From positions 185,251 to 249,250 of the forward strand of contig JAGYJJ010000002.1 of assembly GCA_018402235.1 (NCBI GenBank): 64,000 bases of DNA, written 5' to 3'. The translations under genes and the position numbers were made by a program. This DNA is from Candidatus Nanopelagicales bacterium. GTDB lineage: Bacteria; Actinomycetota; Actinomycetes; S36-B12. The notes under the pieces were generated by a model that saw nothing but the letters and a program-made list of their open reading frames with translations, made no database searches and was not told the DNA's origin. Each line of letters starts with the position of its first letter. Position 1 is the first letter of the stretch. Shown in pieces: positions 36,239 through 48,558 of the stretch.

Positions 36239-37179
36239 TCAGTTCACTCGAGCCAACGAAAGAGCGAAATCATTGTTGTGGAACTGATGCTCAACGTGCA
36301 GACCCGCAGCGGAGAACTCCCCACGCACTTGCTCCAAAGTGAACTTAGTAGAGATCTCAATTCTGATCTCTTCACCGGCAGCTAGGCGAATCCGGCGATC
36401 ACCAATGTAGAAATCCTGTTCACAACGCGAACGCAGCCGCAAGTCCATCCGGTTCTCCAAGGCATCCCACAACGGCACGTATTCGAAATCAGCTCTTGTC
36501 AGAGTTCGGTTTTGCACTCGGCATTGATGACATCCACAACGTTCAGCAAAAATGCCTCGGTCACTCCAGCGGAATCGTCGTAAGCACGCAAAATCCGCTC
36601 GATATCTTTCAGCAGATCCGTGCCCACCAGGACGAACCCATCGACACCGGTCATCTCCGTCATGCGCGCAAGAAAATCAATGCGCTCGGCACGTTGCAGA
36701 TTCCCGATCGTGCCGCCAAGGAAGCAGGTGAGGCGTGGGTGTGGACTGTCTGGCAGTGCGATGCGGGACATGAAGTCGCCCACAACGGGCTGGACGTCAA
36801 GTGCGGGATACGACTCGTGCATGATTTCAGCCGACTGCAGTAGCACCTGCGCACTGATGTCGATGGGTTGATAGCAACTAAGTGAGCCGTGCGCCGATCC
36901 TGCTTCAATAAGTAACCGGGTTTTATCTTGCACCCCGGCGCCGAACTCCACGAGTGTTCGAGCGCTGGACATCGAGAAGATGCGGCCGGCGGACTCCGTG
37001 AGCAGGCTTCGCTCCGCCTCCGTGGGGTAATACTCGGGAAGGCGCGTGATTTGCTCGAAAATCTGTGAGCCTGTCTCGTCGTAGAGAACGCGTGCTGGTA
37101 ACTCCTTGAATGGTCGAGACAGTCCATCAACAATCACACCGAGCAATGCAGGACTAGATAGGTCCACCGGAGATGGCAT
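36239..37179 (-). pseudogene. egtD: L-histidine N-alpha-methyltransferase EgtD, frameshifted
   Basis: ORF 36499..37179 (LPEYYPTEAERSLL, EFGAG, GGTIGN) continues in another frame as ...ADFEYVPLWDALENRMDLRLRS...ISTKFT. The junction is near 36500-36510. Confidence 0.75.
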
Positions 37180-37200
37180 AACAAATGATCAGTGCTGTGA

Positions 37201-38655
37201 CTAAGCGAGCGAGTCGGCTAGACGCACACCTGTGAACGGCCAGCGCGCATGCGGCGGAAAGAAGTTGCGGTACGTCAGTCGAGCATGACCTGTGGGCGTA
37301 ATGCAAGCACCCCCACGCAACACCATCTGGCCGGACATGAACTTGCCGTTGTACTCGCCGATCGCCCCAACCGGAGCCTTAAAACCCGGGTACGGCAAAT
37401 ATGCCGACGACGTCCACTGCCATGCCGTGTCAAAAACTTGGCGCAAGCCGCCACCACCTGAGTCCGGGGTCGGATGGAAACCGGTGATATCGCCGTTAGG
37501 CCGGGCTGGGTGAGCGCCACTCTCCCGAACCGCGTGCTCCCATTCGAACTCCGTCGGCAACCGCTTTCCCACCCAGGTCGCGTAAGCGTCGGCCTCGTAG
37601 TGGCTCACGTGCACCACGGGCTCCTCCGGTCGGACCGGGCGCGTTCCGTGCAATGTGTGCTCGAGCCACTGCAAGCCGTCCCATTGCCAGTACAAGGGTG
37701 AATCCCATCGCTCGGCATTCACTCGAGCCCAGCCATCCGATAACCACAGTTCGTGACGCTGGTAGCCACCATCGGCTATGAAGTTCATCCATTCACCGTT
37801 CGTCACGAGTCTGTCTGCCAGTGCAAACGGTTGAACCAGCACAGGGTGCGACGGCAGCTCGTTGTCGAAGTGGAACGCCGCATGAGCGCTGCCGTCGAGC
37901 CAACCGACATCAACGACGCCACCGCGGAAGTTCACCCATTGCGCTTCCTCAACGCGAGTTGGGGTCACCTTCGAGCCGGGATAGGCAACCGGCTGCAGCG
38001 GATTCTTGGACAGCACGTGCTTGATGTCCATAAGGAGCAGTTCTTGATGCTGGTGCTCGTGGTGAAAACCAAGATTCATCAACGAGGTGAGCGTCTCGTC
38101 ATTGCCTTCTTTGGTTGCCACCGAAAGTGATGCCAGAAGATCGAGCATTCGATCATCGACATGAGCGCGGTAATCGCCCACTTCGTAGGCACCCGGACGC
38201 GAGATGAACCCACGCTCCGGTCGGGGGTAACGCGGCCCCACAGTCTCGTAGTAACTATTGAACAACGTCCAATACGTGTCTTGGTACGCCGCAAATCCAG
38301 GTTGGTGCTCGGCGAGTACGAATGCCTCGAAAAACCAGGTCACGTGGGCTCGATGCCATTTGGTGGGGCTGACGTCGGGCATCGTCTGCACCGTTTGGTC
38401 TTCCGGGCTCAGCGGGGCTGCCAGTTCCTCAGTGAGCCCGCGCACCACTGAGTACGCCTGAGCAAAATCACGATCGTTCCCTTCACCCGGATGGTCGCCC
38501 TGTTGGTCGCCCTGTTGGTCGCCCTGTTGGTCGCCCTGTTGGTCGCCCTGATGGTCGCCCTGATAGTGACGCGCAAAGTCGGGGTGGTTCCCGAGCGTGC
38601 GGGCGAGATCGGCAACGGGAGGGCTGGGGTTGGTATCCGTCGTGGGTGCTGACAT
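37201..38655 (-). CDS. egtB: ergothioneine biosynthesis sulfoxide synthase EgtB
   Basis: DinB-like region (HHEHQHQELLLMD) plus an FGE-sulfatase-like C-terminal domain (RGGACITP). The N-terminus carries a GDQQ repeat. Confidence 0.85.
   Translation of the reverse strand: MSAPTTDTNPSPPVADLARTLGNHPDFARHYQGDHQGDQQGDQQGDQQGDQQGDHPGEGNDRDFAQAYSVVRGLTEELAAPLSPEDQTVQTMPDVSPTKWHRAHVTWFFEAFVLAEHQPGFAAYQDTYWTLFNSYYETVGPRYPRPERGFISRPGAYEVGDYRAHVDDRMLDLLASLSVATKEGNDETLTSLMNLGFHHEHQHQELLLMDIKHVLSKNPLQPVAYPGSKVTPTRVEEAQWVNFRGGVVDVGWLDGSAHAAFHFDNELPSHPVLVQPFALADRLVTNGEWMNFIADGGYQRHELWLSDGWARVNAERWDSPLYWQWDGLQWLEHTLHGTRPVRPEEPVVHVSHYEADAYATWVGKRLPTEFEWEHAVRESGAHPARPNGDITGFHPTPDSGGGGLRQVFDTAWQWTSSAYLPYPGFKAPVGAIGEYNGKFMSGQMVLRGGACITPTGHARLTYRNFFPPHARWPFTGVRLADSLA
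38493..38564. repeat. in-frame tandem repeat, 6 x 12 bp (GGTCGCCCTGWT), inside egtB
   Basis: Read directly from the sequence. It encodes (GD[HQ]Q)n near the EgtB N-terminus. Confidence 0.95.
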
Positions 38656-38796
38656 CGTCCCTCGTCTGGCGGCTTCGTTTCCCTCGCAGCGACGTGGAAC
38701 GTGGTCCAGGCGCCGGCCGGTCGTCAGGCTGGTCTTTCAGACTTTATCCTCAGATAACCACTCGGCGCATCCGGGTTGGACCACTAATCTGCGGCC

Positions 38797-40899
38797 ATGG
38801 TTGAAGACACGTCGCTCACAGGTGGGCTAACCGAACTCGCCCGCCTGTCGACCCCCCAGGGCCGGGCAATGGACCACCCGGCCCGAACCGGACTCATCGG
38901 GGCCGGCCTAACGCTTGGGCGCAGTTTCCAGCCGAATCTGCTTACCCGCGGCACCACCGATCAGGCTTTAATCAGCGGGGTCACCACGGCATTGGCCTAC
39001 GGCCTGTTCTCCACTGGCGATGCATTCGTGGACTCCCTAGCGGCGCGCATAGCCGGTGGCCCTGACCCTGGGCCGGGCCCTCGGCTCGCGGTTGCCGCGG
39101 GAATTGGAGCACTGGGTCTTGCCACCTTCGTCGGTTTTCACTGGAAAGAGCACGAGTCACGGCCGCGCGCCATGATTCGCCTTGGCGGCCGCATGACACT
39201 AACGGGGGCTCTCGCCAGTGCGGCGTCGTCGCTCACCAGCAGCCGTAGCCCGGGTCGACGTCTCGGCGTCGCCGTTGCCGCAGGGGCCGCGGCCCTTTCC
39301 TGGGCGAGCACCAAACCGTGGGGAGCAGCGCCCGGCTCATTGATCCACCAACAAAACCCCGAGGGCACCACCCCAGGCCAAGATCAGTTCTTCGAGGACT
39401 CGGTGCGCGAGGTGGCCCCGCTGAAGATGGCGGCGATCGGCACCGGAGTTGCCATGGCTACCTACGGGTTGGCCCGCGGGGAATCGATGCTCACCGGAGC
39501 GATGTCGCGAGTGGCCAGCGCAACCTTGGGCGGACAGCCGCAAGACCACCGGACCCTCGGGCGCATCACCGCATTCGGGATCAGCGCAGGAGTCGCCTAC
39601 ATCGCTTTGAATCGAGCCACTGCGATGCTGACGAAGGGTGGCGGCGCGGTTGAACCTGGGATGGAGATTCCGCCATCGATTCCCGAAATCACTGGATCGC
39701 CGGAATCCGGTCTGGACTGGATGAAACAAACTCGCGAAGGGGCACGTTGGCTGTCGGGGACGGTGGAGCCGGCAACCATCAACGCCGTGATGGGAACGAA
39801 CGACGCTCAGCAACCCATCCGCGTCTACAGCAGCTCGGATATCGCCGAGGATCCGCACGATCGCGCAGCTGTGCTGCTCAGCGAGATCGATCGCACTAAA
39901 GCGCTCGAACGCGAACACTTCGCGCTTTTCTCTCCCACCGGATCTGGATACGTCAACTACGTAGCCACCGAGACATTTGAATTCCTCACCGGTGGTAACT
40001 GCGCGTCTGCTGCAATCCAATACTCGGTCCTTCCCTCGAGTTTCTCCCTGGGCGACGTCTCCAAAGGGGTGGACCAAACCCGCATGGTGATCGATGGGAT
40101 AACAGCGCGCCTGCTCGCTATGAACCCCAAAAAGCGCCCGCGCTTCTACTTGTTCGGTGAATCGCTCGGCTCGCAGGTGAGCGAAGGAATGTTCGAAGGG
40201 ACCTGGACCTATGGACTCCCCGGTGCCAAGGTCGACTACGCCGTATGGATCGGCACCCCCTCGGCCACCACGTGGCGCAAGCAGCTGTGGGGCGATCGCA
40301 CTATCACCCAGGCACCCGACGTTGGGCCCGACGGTGTTTATCTTCCGCGCAGCATCCGTGATTGGAAGCAACTTCCAACAGCGCAGCGCGAATCGATCCG
40401 CTACCTGCTGCTGCAAAACGGCGACGACCCCATCCCAAAGTTCGGCAGCCAGGTGTTGTGGCGCAAGCCCGATTGGCTCGGGCCTGATCGACCCATTGGC
40501 GCTCCGCAAGGAACGGCCTGGGTGCCCGGCGCAACCTTCCTCATGACGTTCGTCGACATGCTCAACGCCCTCACACCCACGCCGGGTGTCTTCGCCCAAG
40601 GCGGCCACGACTATCGCGAAGTCCTCCCCGAAGCCATCAGCGAAACCTGGCGTCTTCCGGCCACAGAAGAGCAGATGGCCACCATGAACCGGGTGCTCCG
40701 TGAACGCGAATTGGCATGGGAGTTGTTCCGCGACTGGGCTGCAGCCCTTTCCAAGCCGGTTGACAAGCGCGCGGACGAGAAGAAAAAAGTTCTCAAGAAA
40801 GCATCGGAGTACGTCGGCTCTTCGGTCGATGAAGCAACACTGGTGGATTTGGTCCGCCGGGCCCTACCCGTCCGCGCTGAGATGCTCACAGACAACTAA
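38797..40899 (+). CDS. membrane-anchored alpha/beta-hydrolase family protein (Abhydrolase_9-like)
   Basis: N-terminal polytopic region followed by a catalytic domain with LFGESLGS (GxSxG). Confidence 0.7.
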   Translation: MVEDTSLTGGLTELARLSTPQGRAMDHPARTGLIGAGLTLGRSFQPNLLTRGTTDQALISGVTTALAYGLFSTGDAFVDSLAARIAGGPDPGPGPRLAVAAGIGALGLATFVGFHWKEHESRPRAMIRLGGRMTLTGALASAASSLTSSRSPGRRLGVAVAAGAAALSWASTKPWGAAPGSLIHQQNPEGTTPGQDQFFEDSVREVAPLKMAAIGTGVAMATYGLARGESMLTGAMSRVASATLGGQPQDHRTLGRITAFGISAGVAYIALNRATAMLTKGGGAVEPGMEIPPSIPEITGSPESGLDWMKQTREGARWLSGTVEPATINAVMGTNDAQQPIRVYSSSDIAEDPHDRAAVLLSEIDRTKALEREHFALFSPTGSGYVNYVATETFEFLTGGNCASAAIQYSVLPSSFSLGDVSKGVDQTRMVIDGITARLLAMNPKKRPRFYLFGESLGSQVSEGMFEGTWTYGLPGAKVDYAVWIGTPSATTWRKQLWGDRTITQAPDVGPDGVYLPRSIRDWKQLPTAQRESIRYLLLQNGDDPIPKFGSQVLWRKPDWLGPDRPIGAPQGTAWVPGATFLMTFVDMLNALTPTPGVFAQGGHDYREVLPEAISETWRLPATEEQMATMNRVLRERELAWELFRDWAAALSKPVDKRADEKKKVLKKASEYVGSSVDEATLVDLVRRALPVRAEMLTDN

Positions 40900-42930
40900 C
40901 GCATCGACGGCTACCGCACCGTTCGGTCCCAGGATCAACGGATTGATGTCGGCTTCCACGATGCTCGGGTGATCAACCGCGAGCCGGGACAACACCAGCG
41001 CCGTGTAGACGATGGCATCAAAGGTCTCCTCGTTCGCGAGCTTGGCCAGACCAGGAGCCTTACCCACCAGGCGGACCGCCTGATCGTGGGTGATGGGTGC
41101 TAGCGACGTAGCGGTCAATGACAACGCTTCGGCGTAGCGACCTCCGATACCCACCGCGATTACCGGGCCGTAGTGCGGGTCACGCGTCATGCCGCAGATC
41201 ACTTCTGGACCAGCGGCAATCTCCTGCGCAACGAGCACCGAGCCACCGAAGGCCTGGGTGGCAACCGAGACTTCCTCCGCTGAATTCAAGCCCAGGGCAA
41301 CGCCACCGACGCTCGCCTTATGCGCCGGACCGTTCATTTTCACCACAACCGGGAAACCGAGTTCCTGCGCTGCTTTGATCGCTTCGTCGGGCCCTTCGGC
41401 AAGACGTCGGTCGGCCATTGGAATCCCGTAGCGTTCCATGATCTCCGCGGATAGGTGTTCACTCAGCGCACCCGGGTGGAGTAGATCGGAAAGGTCGATC
41501 GCCTCGTGCGGGTCGAGGTCTTTGTTGCCGAACGGGTGCCACATCGAGACAGCGGCCAAAGCCTCGACCGAGGCACGTGTTCCGCGCAGCAGGGCTACCC
41601 CGTTGGCTGCGGCGTAGTTAGCGATGCGACGTGGTGGGTCGGTGACGTGCACCGTCGTCACGGCAGGGAAGATTCGCCGGTCCTTGGTCGCCTCTACCAG
41701 ACCGCGCACGATGGCCAAGCGACCAGTCGTTCTCCGCGTCGCCGCGATATTGGGTGATGTCGACCTGTGCGAGAAGGATGTCAAACTCCCCGGAGTGAGC
41801 CATCAGTTCCAGCGATTCGGGGAAGACGATCTCGGTCTCGTCGACCATCCAGGCATCCAAGGGATTTTGCGGATTCAAGAAGTTGGGGAAGCGTTCTTGT
41901 AAGGAGGCCACCAACTCGTAGGGCATGGGCGGGAACTCCAAGCCCGTCGGTTCGGCAGCATCGGCCAACATGCCGCACTCACCACCAGATTCCGAGATCG
42001 CTCCCAGACGCACACCCGACGGCCACTTTGATTGGCCGAGGATCTCCAGTGCCTCCATAAACGTCGACGTATCAGTTACCTCGATGCCACCGTGGTGGTG
42101 CACGAAGTTGGTGAATGCCTTGCTCGATCCGACCATGGCGCCGGTGTGTGCGAGGGCTGCTTGCGCGGCAACCCGCGAGCGCCCCACCTTCATGCACACC
42201 ACCGGCTTGCCGGCTTCGCACATGCCCGCAGACCGTCGGCGAAGGCTTCCGGTCGGCGGACCGTCTCAACGAACAGCCCGATCGCTTTCGTCTGCGAATC
42301 CTCGGCCAACCCCATCAGCAGATCGGCGGCGTCGCGGTTGCCCTCCGACCCGGTGGAGAAGACCGCGCGGAAGCCGATCCGAGGTCCGCAGTTGAGCATG
42401 GCATCGGCGATGGACCCGGACTGGGCAATGACCGAGACGTGCCCGCGGCGGAAGGACTTGGGCACATTCGCGACCCACATAGACCCACTGTGCGGCACTG
42501 CCATGCCCATGCAGTTGGGGCCCAAAATGGCCGCGTCGTACGCATCGGCGATTTCGAGGAGTTCAGGCAGGATCTCCCCCGAGCGGGCTCCGGCCTCGGC
42601 GCCCAGGCCGGGGATCACGAACGCGCGGATACCGAAAGCCAGAGCCTCGCGCATCACGTCGAGGATCGCCTCGTGTCCAACGAGCATGAACGCGCAATCG
42701 GGTTTCTCGGGTAACTCAGCGATCGAGGTGTAAACATCTTCACCGAGAATCGATTCACCGGATGGATGCACGAGGAATGCGCGGCTGCGGCCGGCGATGG
42801 CCTCGGCAACAATCGAAGACCGACGGGCACTAGCACCCACCACCACGATCGAATCCGGGTCGATGAGCCCCTTCACGCTGCGGTGCGCAGCGCGCTCGGG
42901 CACCGGGAGCAAACTCTCAACAGTGCTCAC
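40864..42930 (-). pseudogene. ADP-forming acetate/acyl-CoA ligase family protein (CoA-binding plus ATP-grasp), two frameshifts
   Basis: Three consecutive ORFs in different frames read through: ...FADGLRAC | EAGKPVVCMKVGRS...ITQYRGDAENDW | LAIVRGLVEA...ATP-grasp. The junctions are near 42205-42220 and 41710-41735. GTG start at 42930. Confidence 0.7.
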
Positions 42931-43111
42931 AAATCCCCCTGGGCGCCGACGACTAAAACACTTGAACACACATGGCGTTCGCTCACACGTACTTGGCAAG
43001 GCACCGGCGAAAGAGGAGGTAGGGGCGACGCTGCAGGGCACAAACCGGCAACGCGAGGCTAGTGCCCACTCCCCGCGCGCACAAGAGCAACGGTCTACTA
43101 ACGTTCCCTTC

Positions 43112-44074
43112 ATGCACGCCATCTATGCAGCCGGCATCAACCACGACGATCCACTCTCGGTCCTCGCCATTGGAGAAGTGGACCCCAAACCCACCCCAGA
43201 TGACTGGGTGGATGTCGATGTCAAGGCGATGAGTCTGAACCACCACGATGTCTGGGCGCTGAAGGGTCAAGCCCTCCGTGAGGAACAGGTGCCGATGATC
43301 TTGGGCACAGATGCCGCGGGCATCGGCCCAGATGGAACCCCCGTGGTCGTCCACGCGGTGATCAGCTCGCCGGTGCGCGGCGACGAGACGCTGGATCCGA
43401 AACGCTCTTTGCTCAGCGAGGTGTATCCGGGCACGTTCGCCGAACGCGTTCGCGTCCCGGCTCACAATCTGATCGCGTTGCCAGAGGGCTTGGGATTCGA
43501 GGAGGCCTCGTGCCTACCCACTGCGTACCTGACTGCATACCGGATGCTGGCCACCAAGTCCGGCGTCCAGGCAGGCGACACCGTGCTCATCCAAGGCGCA
43601 GGTGGCGGTGTTGCTACTGCAGCGATCGTGCTCGGCAAGGCGTTGGGCTTACGAGTGTGGGTAACCTCACGCGATCCCGCCAAAGGTGAGTGGGCCACCA
43701 CCATTGGGGCCGACGAGGCCTTCGAGGTGGGGGCACGGCTACCCGACAAGGTCGATGCCGTTATCGAGACCGTGGGAGAGGCCACCTGGGATCACTCGCT
43801 GAAATCCCTACGCCCCGGGGGGACGATCGTCGTTTCCGGCGCCACCTCAGGTGCCATGCCGCCTTCCCAACTCAATCGGGTCTTCTTCCTGCAGTTGCGC
43901 ATTGTCGGATCCACGATGGGGACGGCCGAGGAGTTCCACCGGCTGCTCGCGCTGCTTGCCGAATCCGGTGTCCTTCCGATCATCGATCGCGTACTGCCGA
44001 TGGACAATGCACGCGAAGGCTTCGCCGCGATGATCGACGGCTCGGTGCGCGGCAAGATCGTGATGACCCGCTAG
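43112..44074 (+). CDS. zinc-type/MDR family NAD(P)H quinone oxidoreductase-like protein
   Basis: ATG at 43112. It contains GAGGGVATAAIVLGKALG and the N-terminal MDR pattern. Confidence 0.8.
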   Translation: MHAIYAAGINHDDPLSVLAIGEVDPKPTPDDWVDVDVKAMSLNHHDVWALKGQALREEQVPMILGTDAAGIGPDGTPVVVHAVISSPVRGDETLDPKRSLLSEVYPGTFAERVRVPAHNLIALPEGLGFEEASCLPTAYLTAYRMLATKSGVQAGDTVLIQGAGGGVATAAIVLGKALGLRVWVTSRDPAKGEWATTIGADEAFEVGARLPDKVDAVIETVGEATWDHSLKSLRPGGTIVVSGATSGAMPPSQLNRVFFLQLRIVGSTMGTAEEFHRLLALLAESGVLPIIDRVLPMDNAREGFAAMIDGSVRGKIVMTR

Positions 44075-44076
44075 CC

Positions 44077-44466
44077 ATGCACGTCGGCCAATACCGGGTT
44101 CGTTATCGCGACGTTTACTCAGCCGGAATCGTGCTGAACTCACGCTTTTTGGATATGTGCGACGAAGCCTTTACCGAGTTTTTTCGGTTATTGGGCCTCG
44201 CTCCGCAGGATCTCTACTCGGTCCCTTATAACGGGGCCTTAGCCCATATGGATGCCACCTTCCATGCCAGTGCGGCTATCGACGACGTCTTGGACTTCGA
44301 TGTGCGATGCGATCAGATCGGCAACTCCAGCGTGGTCTTGACCTACTCGATTACCCGCTCCGGGAAACCGGTATTTACCGGCACCGCTCGTTACGTCAAC
44401 GTCGACAACACTGGCGTGCCGATCCCGGTGCCCGATGCCATCCGCTCGGTTCTTACAACGCCTTAG
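44077..44466 (+). CDS. hotdog-fold acyl-CoA thioesterase (4HBT/YbgC-like)
   Basis: 129 aa. The assignment rests on size and a weak sequence pattern, so confidence is moderate. Confidence 0.55.
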   Translation: MHVGQYRVRYRDVYSAGIVLNSRFLDMCDEAFTEFFRLLGLAPQDLYSVPYNGALAHMDATFHASAAIDDVLDFDVRCDQIGNSSVVLTYSITRSGKPVFTGTARYVNVDNTGVPIPVPDAIRSVLTTP

Positions 44467-45419
44467 CGCCGAACCACGATCTCCCCGCCAAGTTCCTCGG
44501 GCTCCTCGTCAACCATTTCTGGAGGGAAACCGGGGGCGAGCACCTCAATGCCGTACTCGTCCTCCAATCGTCGGATGATGTTGGGAGACCACTCGCGCGG
44601 CCCATACCGATCGATGCCGTCATCGAAGACCCCCGCAACCAACGACGCCAGCTCCAATTCCATACCGGCTTCCTGCGCCATCGCGATGAACAGTCCAACG
44701 TCCTTCTTCACCAGGTCCATTGTGAAGTTGATATCGCGCGAGCCGTTCAAAATGACCTGGCTCTCGGTTTCATGGACGAATGACGTCCCCGATGACGCCG
44801 CAATCGCCTCATAGGCAATACCGAGGTCGAGTCCGACCTTCGCGCACGAAGCGAGCGCCTCCGTGACTGCCAATAAGTTCGCCGTGGCCAGATAGTTGGT
44901 CACGACCTTCAACTTCGATGCACTGCCAAGTTCCCCGGTGTGCAAAACGCGTCGCCCCAAGATTGCCAGCAGCGGCAGCAGTTGCTCGAACGTTGACCGA
45001 TCGCACCCGGCGAAGATCGAGATGTTGCCGGTAGCCGCGCGATGACAGCCACCTGAGACCGGGCAGTCGGCTGCCGCGGCACCGCGTTCGGCCACCAATG
45101 CGCCCAGCCGAAGCACTTCACCGGCGTCGGTGGTGCTCATTTCTACCCAGATGTCGCCGGCACCCAGACCAGCGAGCACCCCCTCGTGCGATTCCATCAC
45201 CTCAGCCACGACGGCTGGTGAAGGCAAGCAGGTGATGACTACATCGCATGCTCGCGCTAGTTCCACCGGAGAGTCCACAGCACTCGCCCCGGCTGCCACG
45301 AGCGGGGTCATCGCACCCGGGTTGCGATCCAGCACAACCGTGGGGGTTCCGCTGCGTACCAGCGTGCCCGCGAGCTTGGAACCGACATTGCCCAAACCAA
45401 TGAAGCCGACCGTCGCCAT
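44463..45419 (-). CDS. NAD(P)-dependent oxidoreductase, 3-hydroxyisobutyrate dehydrogenase family
   Basis: ATG at 45419; VGFIGLGNVGSKLA Rossmann motif. Confidence 0.8.
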   Translation of the reverse strand: MATVGFIGLGNVGSKLAGTLVRSGTPTVVLDRNPGAMTPLVAAGASAVDSPVELARACDVVITCLPSPAVVAEVMESHEGVLAGLGAGDIWVEMSTTDAGEVLRLGALVAERGAAAADCPVSGGCHRAATGNISIFAGCDRSTFEQLLPLLAILGRRVLHTGELGSASKLKVVTNYLATANLLAVTEALASCAKVGLDLGIAYEAIAASSGTSFVHETESQVILNGSRDINFTMDLVKKDVGLFIAMAQEAGMELELASLVAGVFDDGIDRYGPREWSPNIIRRLEDEYGIEVLAPGFPPEMVDEEPEELGGEIVVRR

Positions 45420-45508
45420 GAGCCCTCCCGAAACTGCGCCACCGGCTCCGGTGGCTCCCGAGCGGGAGTCTGGCACCCGCGCCTCTCCAAGGCTTTCCCG
45501 ACGCAGCG

Positions 45509-45540
45509 ATTGACTAGGTAGAAGATTGACTAGGTAGAAG
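45509..45540. repeat. tandem duplication, 2 x 16 bp (ATTGACTAGGTAGAAG)
   Basis: Read directly from the sequence, within the 366-nt intergenic region. Confidence 0.9.
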
Positions 45541-45585
45541 ATGGGCAGGAAGAAGAGCGTGAAGTAATGCCCGATAGCCAGGAAC

Positions 45586-45605
45586 CATGTGACTACATGT
45601 GACTA
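45586..45605. repeat. tandem duplication, 2 x 10 bp (CATGTGACTA)
   Basis: Read directly from the sequence. Confidence 0.9.
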
Positions 45606-45758
45606 AAGGCATGCCGCGCTTCCAATCGGTTTGTGCGTTGGGGGTGGTGACTCGACTAAGCCGGGAAGTGCGCACATTGGTGCGAGCACAGACGCCAGGC
45701 AAGGGATCGATTACGGGAAACGCCGGTATTGGCTGCCGGCTATTTCAGACTTGATTTA

Positions 45759-45783
45759 GTCCAGATTTGGACCTAGTCTGGAC
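45759..45783. promoter_or_regulatory. nested inverted repeats GTCCAGA-N11-TCTGGAC (inner TCCA-GATT-TGGA) abutting the fur-family start; candidate FurA box
   Basis: Read directly from the sequence. It ends 3 nt before the GTG at 45786. Confidence 0.4.
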
Positions 45784-45785
45784 CC

Positions 45786-46232
45786 GTGTCGGTAACTGGA
45801 GCCCCCATCGTGAGCGCCACCACTTTGCGCGAGCTCGGTCTCCACGTGACGCCCCAGCGCCTAGCGGTTCTCGAGGCGGTCGCTTCCCACCAGCACTCCA
45901 CGGCCGACCGAGTCCTCGAACTCGTCCGAGCAAACATCGGGACCATCTCTCGGCAAGCCGTTTACGACTCCCTCTCCGCACTCGTGGACGCAGGAATCCT
46001 TCGCCGGATCGAACCCGCGGGTTCACCTGCTCGCTACGAAACTCGGGTAGGAGATAACCACCACCACGTGGTCTGCCGAACTTGCGGAAGCCTTGCCGAC
46101 GTCGATTGCGCCGTCGGAGATGCCCCGTGCTTGACCGCAGCAAGCGATCAAGGTTTCATCATCGATGAGGCCGAGGTCGTGTACTGGGGCACCTGCCCGC
46201 AGTGCGCCGGACAACTTCAAACAACCGCGTAA
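45786..46232 (+). CDS. furA: Fur family transcriptional regulator (FurA/PerR-like, upstream of katG)
   Basis: HTH region [14 protein letters not shown] and metal sites [10 protein letters not shown]...CPQC. A GTG at 45810 is an alternative start. Confidence 0.85.
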   Translation: MSVTGAPIVSATTLRELGLHVTPQRLAVLEAVASHQHSTADRVLELVRANIGTISRQAVYDSLSALVDAGILRRIEPAGSPARYETRVGDNHHHVVCRTCGSLADVDCAVGDAPCLTAASDQGFIIDEAEVVYWGTCPQCAGQLQTTA

Positions 46233-48474
<2,242 letters not shown>

Positions 48475-48493
48475 ACACGCACACAACACCCAC

Positions 48494-48527
48494 AATGGGG
48501 CGTCGGCCATTCGGTCGGCGCCCCATT
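48494..48527. terminator. hairpin between convergent katG and ABC-2 permease genes
   Basis: AATGGGGCG ... CGCCCCATT (9-bp stem, 16-nt interior). Confidence 0.45.
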
Positions 48528-48558
48528 CATGTGTGAACGCGTCCGTTGTGTGACCTGA

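Noticed and set aside
39337-40608. 423-aa minus-strand ORF
   Set aside because: It is antisense to the alpha/beta-hydrolase gene (GESLGS nucleophile elbow on the plus strand). The Arg/Gly-rich translation is typical of a GC-rich shadow frame.
45541-45603. Micro-ORFs MGRKKSVK and MPDSQEPCDYM as real leader peptides
   Set aside because: They have no convincing ribosome-binding sites and no downstream attenuator structure. They are kept only as a note inside the intergenic-region finding.
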